Assembly (NCBI GenBank): GCA_002269645.1
Contig: NIVC01000024.1
Location: forward strand, 682,001-746,000
Direction: 5' to 3'
Length of the DNA stretch: 64,000 nucleotides
Source: Macrostomum lignano
Lineage: Eukaryota
The notes below the pieces were generated by a model. That model worked only from the letters and a program-made list of their open reading frames with translations. It was not told where the DNA came from and did no database searches. Positions 24,901 to 36,506 of this stretch are shown in pieces. A program made the translations under genes and the position numbers. Each line of letters begins with the position of its first letter. The first letter of the stretch is position 1.

Positions 24901-27900
24901 ATTTCTTGCATTATAATGCATGCGGTAATTTTTGGCGGTAGAAGCGTCTGCAAGTACGTGCACTTGCAGTGCTACCACGGCATTGATATTAATTCAATAT
25001 TCCATCACGTAGTCTAATAATCATAGCCTAGCAGCAGTGGAGCAGTATAGAGAATACAGCATTTCTGAAGTGGAATGCAGTCAGATGCTTTTGCTTCTGC
25101 TGCTGCGGAGTTTTAAGCAGAAAAAACAACAGCAATTTTTTGGCGTTGAAAGACGGCGAAGACAGGCGGGCAAGGCTTCCTTCTCCCATCCTTCCGACTC
25201 GAGCCAAGAATCCCCCTGCGCAGATGTTTCATCCCAAAATACTTGAATTTACTCGCCACCCACTCTCACTCGCTCTCAGCCTCTGCTTGACCAACGCTTA
25301 AAGATTTTTATCCTCGCATTCGAACTCCTTAGGAAGTTGGTCGATCAATAAACAGTGCTTCATTCAAGACTGTCTGCTGGCTTATCGAATAATTTTATCT
25401 ATGATAGTTGTTGCGTTGTCAGTGGGTGGCGCAGTTAGCTGCTGCTTTTAGGCGGGGTTGCTATACCACGACATACAGGTAAAAGCCGGAGCGCCAGAAA
25501 AATATGACGGCTTTTAAGAATAAACAGCCTGACGGCTTGTGACCATCCAATTAGCATTAAATCAGCATCGAAAGTAACCCCAGCTATATAACAAAAAGTA
25601 ACGGTTGGTCGTAAATCTCTATTGTAAAATGCTGTGCAAAACAGGAGTACTGCAATAAATTATCCGATGTATATGAATGATAATTTTCCAATATTGTACG
25701 CTAATTACAGACCATTTTTATCCAATTGTAAATTAATTAAATCAGGCTATCTCGTGCTATTGATGGAGACTGCATGGGTTTTACAGAAACTTACTTGTTT
25801 ATTATCAATGAAATGAAAATGAATGACAGTTCTATTAACTTTTGCGCCTCTATATTTATAGTTAGCTCATTTAACTATTGGATGATTTATTAAGAAAGGT
25901 GCGATTCGTTAATATCATTTTTTTATTCGAGTGTAACTAGATACGTGTAAATTATAGAAAGGACTTGTCTGTATGAGTTAGCGCATAAGCTTAACAAATC
26001 CTGCACACTCCATGGAGATGTTGCCATAGAGATAACCAATGCTGCACACTCCATGGAGATGTTGCCATAGAGATAACCAATCCTGCACACTCCATGGAGA
26101 TGTTGCCATAGAGATAACAAATCCTGCACACTCCATGGAGATGTTGCCATAGAGATAACCAATCCTGCACACTCCATGGAGATGTTGCCATAGAGATAGC
26201 CAATCCTGTACACTCTGGGGAGATGTTGCCATAGAGATAACCAATCCTGTACACTCCATGGAGATGTTGCCATAGAGATAGCCAATCCTGTACACTCTGG
26301 GGAGATGTTGCCATAGAGATAACCAATCCTGCACACTCCATGGAGATGTTGCCATAGAGATAACCAATCCTGCACACTCTGGGGAGATGTTGCCATAGAG
26401 ATAGCCAATCCTGTACACTCTGGGGAGATGTTGCCATAGAGATAACCAATCCTGCACACTCTGGGGAGATGTTGCCATAGACATAACCAATCCTGTACAC
26501 TCTGGGGAAATGTTGCCATAGACATAACCAATCCTACAAACTCTGTGGAAATGTTGCCATAGACATAACCAATCATGCACACTCTATGGAGACGTTGCCA
26601 TAGACATAACCTGTATAACCAATCATGCACACTCTGGGGAGATGTTGCCATAGACATAACCAATTGTGCACACTCCATGGAGATGTTGCCATAGACAACC
26701 AATCCTGTACACTCCATGGAGATTTTGCCATAGACATAACCAATTGTGCACACTCCGTGGAGATGTTACCATAGACACAACCAATCCATAATGAATTTTG
26801 ACACTCAAAAGTTTCAAGTTAAAATTTTATTTTCAGGAGCTTCAGAGGAAATAAATATAGCAATAAAATATTCACGCACTAAAAGCACTATTTCAGTAGG
26901 AGATATTGCCCTAAAGCCAGTTCTAAGTTACGACAGTTAAAAGTACACTTTTAAGACACCTCCTTTTTCAAGAAGAACCAACGTTCGTGTCTGAATTGGT
27001 AGCCGCGTCATCAGAAAAAAATGCAGGTGCCAAGGATAGCCAATACTCTTCTCTCCCCATGGACCTCGCATTTTTCTTTTTCTAAAAGACGCTGCGGAAC
27101 ACAGACATAGGAAAAGATTTCCAGACTGTTGTGCAATCTTGGGACCACAATCCCATCTTAGGCTTGGGGGCAAGGACCATGTCTTTGAACTAATTTTCTA
27201 CCCTTGGAGCTTATAACACCCTACGGCGCGGGGATCAAGAGACAACAGATGGATTTTCGAATTCCATAGGCTCTTTAAGGCTGCAGTGTAACATTTCTAG
27301 AGCTTTGACGCAGTAAAAAGCCAGACAGTATGACCAGGGAATATTCTGAATGAAGCCAAGTACGTCTGGCATGTATTTAGAATGTGCAGGAGCTGCGCAC
27401 ACTGTTCACCTAGATACCAATACAGTCTGCAAATGCATGCGTAAATGCAGTAAAAAGAACAGTTAAACAAAATCTTTCGCCTACACCATACTACTCGTTC
27501 AAATTAAGGTAAGTAGAAAGAAAATGCACAGCTAGATGCTTTGACAGACATCGAAAATGTCCGGAAATGTTCAAATCTGGGACTCTAGAGGCGATGGGAA
27601 AGCTGAGCACTCAGTGCCAGAGCTGAGAGGTAAGCATGCATTATTCATCAGGATGCAGTCCGCAGCTTCCCTCACCCAGGAGCCTGAGTAGCCCTGTGGT
27701 AGATGCGACCGACTCTCGCGTGACGCGTGACACTGTACAACCCTAAGCTCAAAAGTCGGTGGAATGGGCAGAACTGCCTCAGCACTGGTTGTGGGATGAT
27801 TTCGCCGAAGGCGTTGCGCCAGGGTGCCCGCAGTCATCCTGAATATATTTGCTTTTACTTTTACTTTTATCCCTCACCCAGACTGGCGTCTTCGAAGCAG

Positions 27901-28083
27901 GTCTTCGAAGTGAGTCGCTCCGAACTTATAAATATCCGCTGGTCGCTGACGCATAACCTCCAGAGCGAAGCCTTCAAGCAACGCCTGGAAGCCATCTGGA
28001 GGCGGCGGTAGCTTTATTGGGCGCTTTGAATGTCGACGCTTGCGCGGTCGCTCGGTCGCCGTCTCGGTAGTGTTGAGGCTTGA
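6967..28083 (-). CDS. Multi-exon RIIa-domain / IQ-motif protein (Sp17/ropporin-type docking domain plus neuromodulin-like IQ motifs). Predicted exons: 28083-27878, 24775-24688, 14840-14724, 14623-14024, 13780-11987, 8975-8900, 8189-8106, 6989-6967. Alternative N-terminal exons: 23566-20333 and 16744-16001
   Basis: RIIa motif PDGFQALLEGFALEVMRQRPADIYKFGATHFEDLL. IQ1 AAAKIQAGFKGHRAR. IQ2 AAVKIQAGFRG|MQARKE is joined across a phase-1 intron. Listed junctions have AG acceptors and GT (one GC) donors with consistent phases. The start of the RIIa isoform lies upstream and was not located. Confidence 0.75.
7073..7790. repeat. 28-bp minisatellite (GAGGATCTGGGAGGCTGGCCCAGCAACT), intronic
   Basis: About 25 tandem units; explains three overlapping minus-strand ORFs. 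Confidence 0.97.
8106..8189 (-). CDS. Exon carrying the second half of IQ motif 2 (GMQARKEAAELRKQQRNTAEAALTTQTT)
   Basis: Acceptor ccaatag|GC ATG completes the Gly codon begun by G|gtaaag at 8900. Confidence 0.75.
8369..8620. repeat. 29-bp minisatellite (AGGAGCGCACATTTTCTAAGAATTGGCAC), intronic
   Basis: About 8 tandem units read directly. Confidence 0.92.
8900..8975 (-). CDS. Exon carrying the first half of IQ motif 2 (NYQADAADKDKSNAKAAVKIQAGFRG)
   Basis: tttctttag acceptor, G|gtaaag donor, IQxxFRG motif. Not in the ORF track. Confidence 0.8.
9740..10006 (-). mobile_element. Headless copy of the SINE at 43451-43780
   Basis: Collinear similarity with 43451-43716, e.g. the shared CTGAGCAGGCACACAAGCGCGCGGATACGTACGCAG. 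Confidence 0.75.
11248..11318 (+). pseudogene. tRNA-like sequence (SINE head or tRNA pseudogene)
   Basis: A-box-like TAGCTTAGAG and B-box GGTTCGATTCCC at tRNA spacing; the anticodon and acceptor stems do not pair well. Confidence 0.5.
11987..13780 (-). CDS. Large acidic exon of the RIIa/IQ gene built from a 39-bp coding minisatellite (EEPAPSVVDEKRE)n
   Basis: 1794-nt open phase-0/phase-0 exon (ttgaag|CCG ... AAG|gtgcag). Non-repetitive acidic flanks and a KKKKKKNKKKKKK basic tract. Confidence 0.7.
14024..14623 (-). CDS. Ala/Glu-rich exon ((AAAEA/AAASE)n) of the RIIa/IQ gene
   Basis: ttcttcag|CGT acceptor and GAG|gtgagt donor; 600 nt, phase 0/0. Confidence 0.8.
14724..14840 (-). CDS. IQ motif 1 exon (LIIEGPTQQQKEDAAAKIQAGFKGHRARVEFKKKQEEQK)
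   Basis: gtgcag| acceptor; canonical IQxxxxGxxxR; predicted GC donor AAG|gcaaga. Confidence 0.85.
15280..15915. repeat. 39-bp minisatellite with ~43-bp variant units (AGTCATAGATAATTGGGGGTAGCAGTGGCGCTCCACTTC), intronic
   Basis: Tandem units read directly. Confidence 0.95.
16001..16744 (-). CDS. Putative alternative first coding exon of the IQ gene (MLGCFGRRKKK...REERMQ)
   Basis: AAAATG start, 744-nt open frame, CAG|gttcgc phase-0 donor compatible with the IQ exon at 14840. Confidence 0.65.
18568..18989. repeat. Perfect 15-bp minisatellite (CCAGGGGCGCCAGCA)x28
   Basis: No variant units seen; the unit is stop-free, which explains the ORFs on both strands. Confidence 0.97.
20333..23566 (-). 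CDS. Very large (1078-codon) acidic, probably disordered exon; putative alternative first exon of the IQ gene (MQSFFKGIGSLL...DEA)
   Basis: 3.2-kb mostly non-repetitive open frame with ATG start and a strong phase-0 donor GCG|gtaagt. Contains 54-bp and 33-bp coding repeats at ~21035-21645. Confidence 0.7.
24688..24775 (-). CDS. Linker exon of the RIIa isoform (NGPTVNDEARAAAAADEDSAASPAAANKR)
   Basis: cttcag|A phase-2 acceptor matches GG|gtgagg of the RIIa exon; AGG|gtacgt donor. Confidence 0.65.
25995..26790. repeat. 41-bp minisatellite (CCAATCCTGCACACTCCATGGAGATGTTGCCATAGAGATAA), intronic
   Basis: About 19 tandem units; explains ORFs 25923-26817. Confidence 0.95.
27878..28083 (-). CDS. RIIa dimerisation/docking-domain exon
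   Basis: Resembles the Sp17/ropporin/PKA-RII N-terminal motif (P.GF..LLEG...EV.R..P..I..F.A.YFE.LL); tcttgcag acceptor and gtgagg donor. Confidence 0.85.
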
Positions 28084-28271
28084 CTGCAAGATTTATGAAT
28101 GGAATTGGTAATTTAGGAAAATAGTTATAGAATGGGTCAAGGTTATGGGCAATGACGTTAGTAAATTAGTTAGGATTACTTAGCCTTCAGCGGGCTTTGA
28201 GCACTGTCACATATCATGATTTCTAGTTGCCCCTAAAAATGCGTCAAAATGAGTATCAAAGGCGACGCTTA

Positions 28272-28920
28272 GGGTGTCAGGAGAGGAGGTACTCAGGGTG
28301 TCAGGAGGGGCGCTACTCAGGGTGTCAGGAGTGGAGATGCTCAGGGTGTCAGGAGTGGAGATACTCAGGGTGTCAGGAGGGGCGCTACTCAGGGTGTCAC
28401 GAGGGGCGATACTCAGGGTGTCAGGAGGGGGGATACTCAGGGTGTCAGGAGGGGCGCTACTCAGGGTGTCAGGAGGGGCGCTACTCAGGGTGTCAGGAGG
28501 GGCGCTACTCAGGGTGTCAGGAGGGGCGCTACTCAGGGTGTCAGGAGGGGCGCTACTCAGGGTGTCAGGAGGGGGGATACTCAGGGTGTCAGGAGAGGAG
28601 ATACTCAGGGTGTCAGGAGAGGAGATACTCAGGGTGTCAGGAGAGGAGATACTCAGGGTGTCAGGAGAGGAGATACTCAGGGTGTCAGGAGAGGAGATAT
28701 TCAGGGTGTCAGGAGGGGCGATACTCAGGGTGTCAGGAGTGGAGATACTCAGGGTGTCAGGAGTGGTGATGCTCAGAGTGTCAGAAGTGGAGATACTCAG
28801 GGTGTCAGGAGTGGAGATGCTCAGGGTGTCAGGAGGGGCGCTACTCAGGGTGTCAGGACGGGAGATACTCAGGGTGTCAGGAGTGGAGATACTCAGGGTG
28901 TCAGGAGTGGTGATACTCAG
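28272..28920. repeat. 24-bp minisatellite (ACTCAGGGTGTCAGGAGTGGAGAT and variants)
   Basis: About 27 tandem units; explains ORFs 28207-28992. Confidence 0.96.
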
Positions 28921-30399
28921 AAATATTGATTGCGCTTTATATTCCAGGTACACCTGAATTTTTTTCAAATCTGTATTTTTTAGTAAAAGCAAAATTACTT
29001 CTATAAAAGTACAAGACCTTGACTAATGCTTTCCTAGAAACAGAAAACATAAATAAATATCTTCTGTATCTTATCTTAGGTAAACTAGGCAGCAGTAGGC
29101 TGAAAATGTTATTTCCTTTTTTGATAATTTTTGGAATTTATGATTTTATTTTATACATAGCCACTGAAATTTAAGAGGCCTTTAGTGCATCTAGAATATT
29201 AAAATTTTAGGCGATCATATTTTAATAGAAAAATTAATTCATAGTTTTTGCTTCAAGAAACCCTAAACAAATAATTTTTGTTATAGCAGTATGTATAAAA
29301 AATAATGAAAATAGCGTAATGAAAATAATGAAAACTAAGAAATGAATGATTTTACTTGACTTTTATATAATAAAAAGTTTCATAATTTACAACAGAAATT
29401 TAAGTAAGGCAGAAATAGCAAATATTGTAATATTCTACCTAGTTCAAAGTTTTCCAGTCTTATTAACCTATTAAGTTAGTCAAGCATACACAGAGAAATA
29501 AGACTGTAACCATGCATCAATAAAAAAATTATTTTAAATACCAAGGTAAAAAGCTTAAATATAGCATACTTTATGTTAGGACTACTTAAGAAAAGAAATT
29601 AGTAAGCTAGGCCTAGAGTCTTGATTGCATTTTACTCTTGTAGTTTGCAATGGTCAATGGAATCGAGCTCGACTACATTGCCTTAAGTTTTGGTGGTAGC
29701 TATGCTAAATGCCCAGATCTATACCTATAAAAATCAAAACTCTTCAATATATATATTTCTAAGACTAATATATAATAAATAGTTTAAATAATATTTTAGG
29801 ACCCACAGGCCATAAGTTAAAGTTTAAAACGTATAAAGGAGACATTGCTTAGATTGCAAAGCAATTCATCGTCACAATGAATTCGTATTTTCGAAAATGG
29901 TCACTCTCACATTCTCATTCACAAGAATAAACGCCAAAACTAATATCGCGTTGAGTATGAGTCCCTAAATGAGCTCCTTAGTAGTGGTTTTCTAGCATGC
30001 TTTTAAGTAAATATATGTTGAATCATAAAGTTTTGCTATCTAGCAACCATTATCTATATCTTTTCGTAGACTGTATGACTCCTAGTCAACTTTGTTTATC
30101 TTTGACGAAAATTAAGCGTGAAGCCTCCGTTTTAAAAGGCAAAATGCGTATAAAGTTATTTTCATAAATGAACCAGTTTTCGTAAGTGTTACTTCTAACC
30201 TCTTGCATATACGTGATGCGAGTTAGATAACGAATTGTTTCAATAGCTAATCGGTACAGTACAAATATGGGGTCGTGATTATGACATCGATCAATTTTCA
30301 AGGAGAACCTAGAAAATTTGTTATTGCAGTTGTGTCCACTTTTGGCTTCGAAGTTTTTGACAGCTGGACAGAGTCGTTGCTGTCGAGGGCTGTCGTGAT

Positions 30400-30830
30400 G
30401 TGCTGTGGACGGCATCGAGGCTGTCGTCGAGGTGCTGAATGACAGGCGATGGAACTTCCACAATGCCAGCAGTTCGTCTACGTCGGCGGCCTCTGGTCTG
30501 GTTCCTGACGTCCGGGAAGAGCTGAAGAGTCACCGTGTACTTAAATGGGCTGCTTTTCATTCTGTTAGGGCTGTCCTGATGTCCGAGGCCCAACCTGACC
30601 GTCAGAGGGCAGCGTTGTTCCAGGGGTGGTCGAGGCAGTCCTGATGTACAACACAGAGACCTGGACTTCTTCAAGATCGGTGACGTCGAGTGAGTCACTA
30701 ATGCAGCACTCTATCGCCGCGACAACCTGACCTAATTTGCGCCATTGACGACCCCCATCTGGCAGGGGACACATCATCCGCGCCGAGTTGTGCTGCACAC
30801 AGCTTGTGTGTCGCTACAACGCTTGGGCGA
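30400..30830 (+). mobile_element. Degenerate RTE-clade non-LTR retrotransposon RT C-terminal remnant
   Basis: Frameshifted pieces QQFVYVGGL..VPDVREEL..KWAAF..RAALF / VVEAVLMYNTETWT match the RTE 'F.YLG..AW.AF..LF...VESVLLYG.ETWT' region. Confidence 0.65.
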
Positions 30831-31579
30831 TTATGCCTTTCAGTTCATTAGACACTGATCGAAATGGAAACGTATACATGTAGCTCGTACTTTGTCACAA
30901 ATATTGTCAGTGACATATTTGCATATCATTATAAGTAGAATTTAAATGGGAGATTCGACTTAAGTGGACTTTAGCGGAATTAGTAGGCCTAGGGCCTTAT
31001 AAAGGCTTTCCAAATGACCGGATATATACTAGCCTCTCCCGAAGAGGCCTACCCCACTGATGAGAGGGTTTCTCTTGTCCTTCTCGATCGAATTTTCCCT
31101 CCTGGGTGCCGAATTTCGCCTGCACTTACAGTGTTAATTGAGCTCCTTATTTCTAAGCCGTATTCGTGCCCTATGTAGAATCAATCAACAGTACTATTAG
31201 CACGCCTATTTCTTCAAGGCTGCTCTAATTGTACGAGTAATCTATTACATTACTATTTTCTAATTTTGATTTCTTCCCAGCAAAAAGGTTGCCAAAATCA
31301 AACTCGAAGTAAAGCTCTGGGTCTTATGATCGAATGCGATTGCGAGAGATTCTTATTAAGATAAATTCATTAACATAAATAGCGGAGTGTCGTCAAGGTG
31401 TTAATAGAATGGTTCTCGCACGAGCTTAAAGATATAACTTATAACATCAGTAATCAGTAAGTAACACGTAGAATCAGCAATGTTTTACCCGTAACTTGGC
31501 GTATATACTAATTATAATAAAAAAATATCTGAGTCTGATCTGAGTCTTGAATTTGAATCGATCTCTCCGCCTTGGTCTA

Positions 31580-32130
31580 CATGAATGCTGCCTCCTTCCT
31601 TCAGTTACTCGTACACTCCCTTTCCTAAGCATTTGAAACCGCAGAAATCCAGCTCGGAGACGCGGTGCATGCGGCAACTGCGGGAGGGCAACAACCGACA
31701 ACGCCAGGTACGCACCGTCAAGAAGGACGACGAGGAGCCATTCAAAGTATCTTCAGTACAATTTTAAACGTCGCCCCTTTAACTTCGTGGTTTGCAGCAT
31801 CGCGCCAACATCGATATCCGCCTCTTATTGAACACGGGCTCAAAGGTCAACATCATCAACGAGAAGACCGTGAAGCGCCTGCCAATGAGACCGGTCATCG
31901 TGCCGACTCCGAAGCAGCTGTTGTCGTACACAGGCTCTGCAATTGACGATTCTCAGGACGGCAGAGCTTTACGTTGTGCTGCCCGCCGCTTCTTCATCAC
32001 ACGGCCCGGGTACCAACATCCTCGGTTGGACAGCATGAGACAAGCTGGAGTTCTCAATCCGAGTCAACGCGATTAGCGACATGGTTGATATCGCCGGAGA
32101 GTTCCCGAAGATCTTCAACGTCATCGGTCA
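31580..32130 (+). mobile_element. Degenerate LTR-retrotransposon gag-knuckle/protease remnant
   Basis: CGNCG knuckle remnant followed by IRLLLNTGSKVNII..LLSYTG (retropepsin LLDTGS with the catalytic D changed to N); frameshifted. Confidence 0.65.
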
Positions 32131-32764
32131 TCGGGCCAAGTTTCTGGGGGGGGGGTTGTTGTGCATTCGGCTTGCACACCGCTTATAGTTCTCGCGATCT
32201 GATTGGCTGGGGGTGTCTGTCTGTTTAGACAGGCCTATGCTGGGCGGAGGTTAGGGTGTTTGCTAAATTATGCTAGTTACGTTCGAAATTTAAACATTTA
32301 AACATAGTGCGCACCGACCTTCCAATACTCATATGAGCTCTCTACCCAGCAATCGCTTCTTGCGTATCCATGTTATTTGGCTCACGCTGCCTCAAATTAC
32401 AACATTAAGGTTAAAATTTCCTTCAACATGTTTAAATTTTAGTCTGAGCAGGCCGTGTTATCTTTGACAAGCGAAGCAAAGCTACAGCCTAATTTACGTG
32501 ATGAAAACGGAGTTTGTACATGGAAAGTCCTGTCTGCAATTTTTAACACGGGACCGTTCCTTTGTTAAACAGCATCTACACTACGCGAAAAGGGCCCTTT
32601 TTGCCGATGAAGCTTGCGATAAACTAGTAAAATTATCTTTTTCGTCAAGAAATGTTTCAACTTGAACGATTGCAGACCTCGAGCCTCTGTCTATATATAC
32701 AGTATATGCGAGATTCTGGGACAAAGCTTAGTGGCAAAAAATTGAAAATTAAGACAGGATCAAA

Positions 32765-34442
32765 ATGTCAAATACAACTCCTGTCGATTCGGGTAAGTAA
32801 TTTGTAATAAAACTTCATGACAGTAAAGCTAAAAGCCACATTTTAAACTTTTCAGATCAGTTGGAAAGAATATTAAAGGTGCTGAATGAGGCACAGAGTA
32901 TTTTACGCTTGTACGCGGCCCCGGTAATCAGTGTCCTGGCCTTCCTAGGAGCCGGGTTCGTCTGTTATTGCGCAATTCGTTCCTGGCGAAATATAAAAGG
33001 CAAAGATCTGATGCTGCTTGTCATAACAATGGCCGACTTTACGACGGTTTTTTGTTCGTAAGTTTTTTGCTCGATACACTTCACTATGATATTGATTAGG
33101 TGTGGATTTTTCCGGGATGTATTTTTTACCATAGTCATAAAACACAGAGATTGAACTTTTATGCTTCTGGATTGTATTTTATGTATTCTCGCGACAACAA
33201 AACAACACAGTCTGTCTGTTCCATAATTTGCTGTTCTTCTACACCAGGTTGATAGAGATGGAGTTGCGCACGACGCTTAGATCCCAGAAGCTAAGGATCG
33301 AGAAGTAATGAATCGAGCAGTGACCTCATTGATAAAACTTGTCTATGGTGAATAAGACCTCAATATTTCAATTAATTTTTTTTCATGTCTGGGTACTAAA
33401 GTACTGCAGTACCTACACCCCGGAAATCTTCTATTTTTTACCTATAAATATGCGGGTTGTATATTTTTATCGCCACAAACGCAGGAGTTTAAGAGAGATG
33501 TAGCATCCACAGATGTATCAGATGTAAGACAGATGTAACCCCAAAATTCTATGCTATATCAGTGAAATCAGGCCATCAAAGACAGCTAATGTCAATTTAC
33601 TAAACTTGTATTTGCAAATCTGAAAACTCGATGATCTTATTTTCTATTTTGCATTTCTCTACCTGACACGCAGAACATTCTTTAACGTTTTCCTGACATA
33701 CGGCGTTCATCTGACTCTGCCTCACGTGAGCAACACTTGGGTCTGCCGGCTCTATGCCTACTTCTGGATACTCAGCAACAGTCTGTCGGCCAATATGCTG
33801 TGTCTTCTCGCGGCCGACAGAATATACGCTCTTCAGTACCCGCTGCAACACAAGGTTCACATGACAAAGAGTAAATATTGTCTGGTTCTCTCGCTCTTTG
33901 TCGCAGTGTTTGCCGTCATCTCGCTTCACGGCTTGGTTGTGTACGACGCGTTTGAGTACTACGGAAGCTGGTACTGCTACATGTCTCTGAGCACGGAAAA
34001 GTCGGTGCAAACTGCGGTCCAGGCGTACACGAATTTGGTTATGAACGGCTTCTTATCGAGCATTGCGCTGGTATTGGCCAACTGCTTTCTCTGCTACCAA
34101 ATCCACAAGATTCGCAGAAACAGCAGCCGCCTGGCCGGGGCGTCGGATTCCTCATCGACTCCCTCCAAGTCGGAGATCAGAGCATCCATGACGCTGGTGG
34201 CTCTCGCCATCGCCTTTCTGGTGTGCTGTCTGCCTCGCGCTACGACTTACTTCGTTCAGTTCCTGTTTTACAGCGGCGCCCTGCCACCGAGCAAAGTTGA
34301 GTCGCTGCTCTTTGCTCTGGCTACGAATTTGAGCTTTCTGTTCTATGTGAACTGCTCTGTCAATTGGATAATCTATTGTGCCAGGGTGCCCCTGTTCCGG
34401 AACCGTCTGCCAGCGTGTTGTCATGGGAGGAGAAAATCCTGA
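32765..34442 (+). CDS. Class A (rhodopsin-like) GPCR, peptide-receptor-like, 332 aa; exons 32765-32792, 32856-33057, 33674-34442
   Basis: Phases are consistent (G|gtaagt..ttcag|AT; TC|gtaagt..cgcag|A) and total 999 nt. N-terminal NTT sequon, TM2 MADF, TM3 ADRIYAL..P, TM6 FLVCCLPR, TM7 NCSVNWIIY. Confidence 0.88.
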
Positions 34443-36506
34443 GCTGCTTCATCTATCGGAGTCACCGGGACCAAAGGGTTAACGAAGCGGAGATTTTTTG
34501 CGAGAGTTTTCAAGGCAACAGTAGCCTAAACTCTTGATAATTGAATCGAATTAGTTTTAGAAATTCATAGGATATTAGCTGGGCACAAGTTTGAAACTCT
34601 CGGCACCCAAAACGCACGATGCTATATTTCTTAGTAAAAAATTTTAACGGCCAATTGGCCTCTATTAGAATTTAAGCACGCACAGAATTCACCCTATAAA
34701 GTTTAAATAGCCTTGTACTATGTTTCCGAATATAAGGATTTAGCACTTAGGGATAGTATAACACATATCGCACCACAGAAATTAATTTTGCTATTAGTAC
34801 GAGCTATAGTTATTGAAAGTCTTGTTTATTCTTGCGTGTTAATATCGATTTTTCAGAGAAAAAAATACGGTTACGGAGGCGTACCCTTTTTGCATAGCAG
34901 TTAGGCTCAGCACTGCACAGTCTGCATAGTTTACTTATGAGTATAGATATCAAGAAGGAAATAAGATCGAATAAATACACATGCAATAATCATTCGGACA
35001 CACACGACTTCAAAATGCATATTTTCGTTTTCTTAACTGAGGCTTATAAATTAACGAAAAAGTTTTAAATATTAATCAGTAAGGAGTCTGTGCAGTTAGC
35101 CTACTTTAGTTGAGGGATGTTTAGATCCATTGAAAGATTCAAAAAAATCAAATTTACATCTCTGAACTGTGCTCATGAGCAGGAATAAACTGGCTAATAG
35201 GCATGACGGAGATGGGTATCGCACTGACAAAAGCTTGCAACTCTCGTTCGTTCGAACTTCGTTCAAAACCATGAACTTGATGAGGCACGTTTTCATTTTC
35301 AAATTGCACCTGATCGAGTTCTAATCTCCGTTTCCATTACTCTTAGTAGGCTTGTAGGGTTTTCTCTTTCATTAATTCTGGAACTTGTTTGTGTTTTCTT
35401 TTGCTGGTAATATTGCGCTTCATTGTAGGAATATGTTTTTGATGAGTAGTTTACGCCCTATGGACAATCTGTTTGGGCCTGCATTTGATTTATGATCACT
35501 TACCTGTCACTTTTAAGGAAATGAATCCTATATAATAAAATTCTCACTAAAGAAAATTTAGCTCTATGGCAGGAAGGGAGACAACAACGAAAACCGCTTG
35601 GTGAGACTACAGGTGGCGCAAACGATGCCCGAGCCGTCAATGTACATTTTATTGTGATACGCTCGTACGACAAAAAAATTCAACACCGCGAGAACAGCGA
35701 TCTCAGTTTAAGGCGAAGCCTAAAAAGGCACAGCGCCACCCACCCCAAAGCCACACACCCACCCCCCAGGGGTGGAGTCAAGCAACCCCCTCCCAGCCAA
35801 TCGCAAACACAGGTTAGCCCACGCTATGCAAGCCGGCTAATCAAACCGGTCATTATTGTCTCTCAATTTTGAATAATTTTGACGATTAAATATCGTTTAG
35901 ATTGTCATCTTCGACTCGACGAACGGCGAGTTCTACGTGTATACGAGTACTCATATGTGCATCAGCGCTATTATAACTAGTCATTAATCTATGGTGCCAC
36001 AGTGCCAGATACTGCATGCGGTGTTAACCTTGAAAATTTAGAGTTGCTTATATGCCGGCCTGTTTGCTTTTCTGTACTAACGATACTACTGGTGAGGACT
36101 GCATGAGGAACCTGAAGGTTCAATAGCGTCTGAGTGTGCCATATTTCATGCAATATGAGCTCCTAGAATCTGGCACTTGAAATATGTGACATTTCGTCAG
36201 TTTTTTATCAGCTTTAAGTTTTTCGTCTAGTTCTCCTGATCGCACCTCCATCGAATAACAGCCCTAGCCCGTAGATCTTATTTCACATGCAAGGAGCGTA
36301 ATACACAGTAGTAAATCAGAACTATTTGACCCCATATCTCTAATTCTACGCCGTAAATGTCTGAATACATTTCAACAATTCGGCAAAAAATTCTCTTGAA
36401 GCAGGTTTTTTTGGCATGTTAAACAGGACTCTTTAAGTGGGTTTCTTTTGGCCGGAGAGCTATCTGGCAATTCATTTTTATCTTTAGCTTGATAGCAGCT
36501 CAGAAG

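Noticed and set aside
25923-28992. Cys/Trp-rich and PDTLS/RVSG repeat ORFs
   Set aside because: Products of the 41-bp and 24-bp minisatellites, with no splice-compatible boundaries found.
33100-33260. Apparent short intron and continuation after GPCR exon 2, suggesting a frameshifted pseudogene
   Set aside because: The acceptor at 33673 gives a fully in-frame 332-aa receptor.
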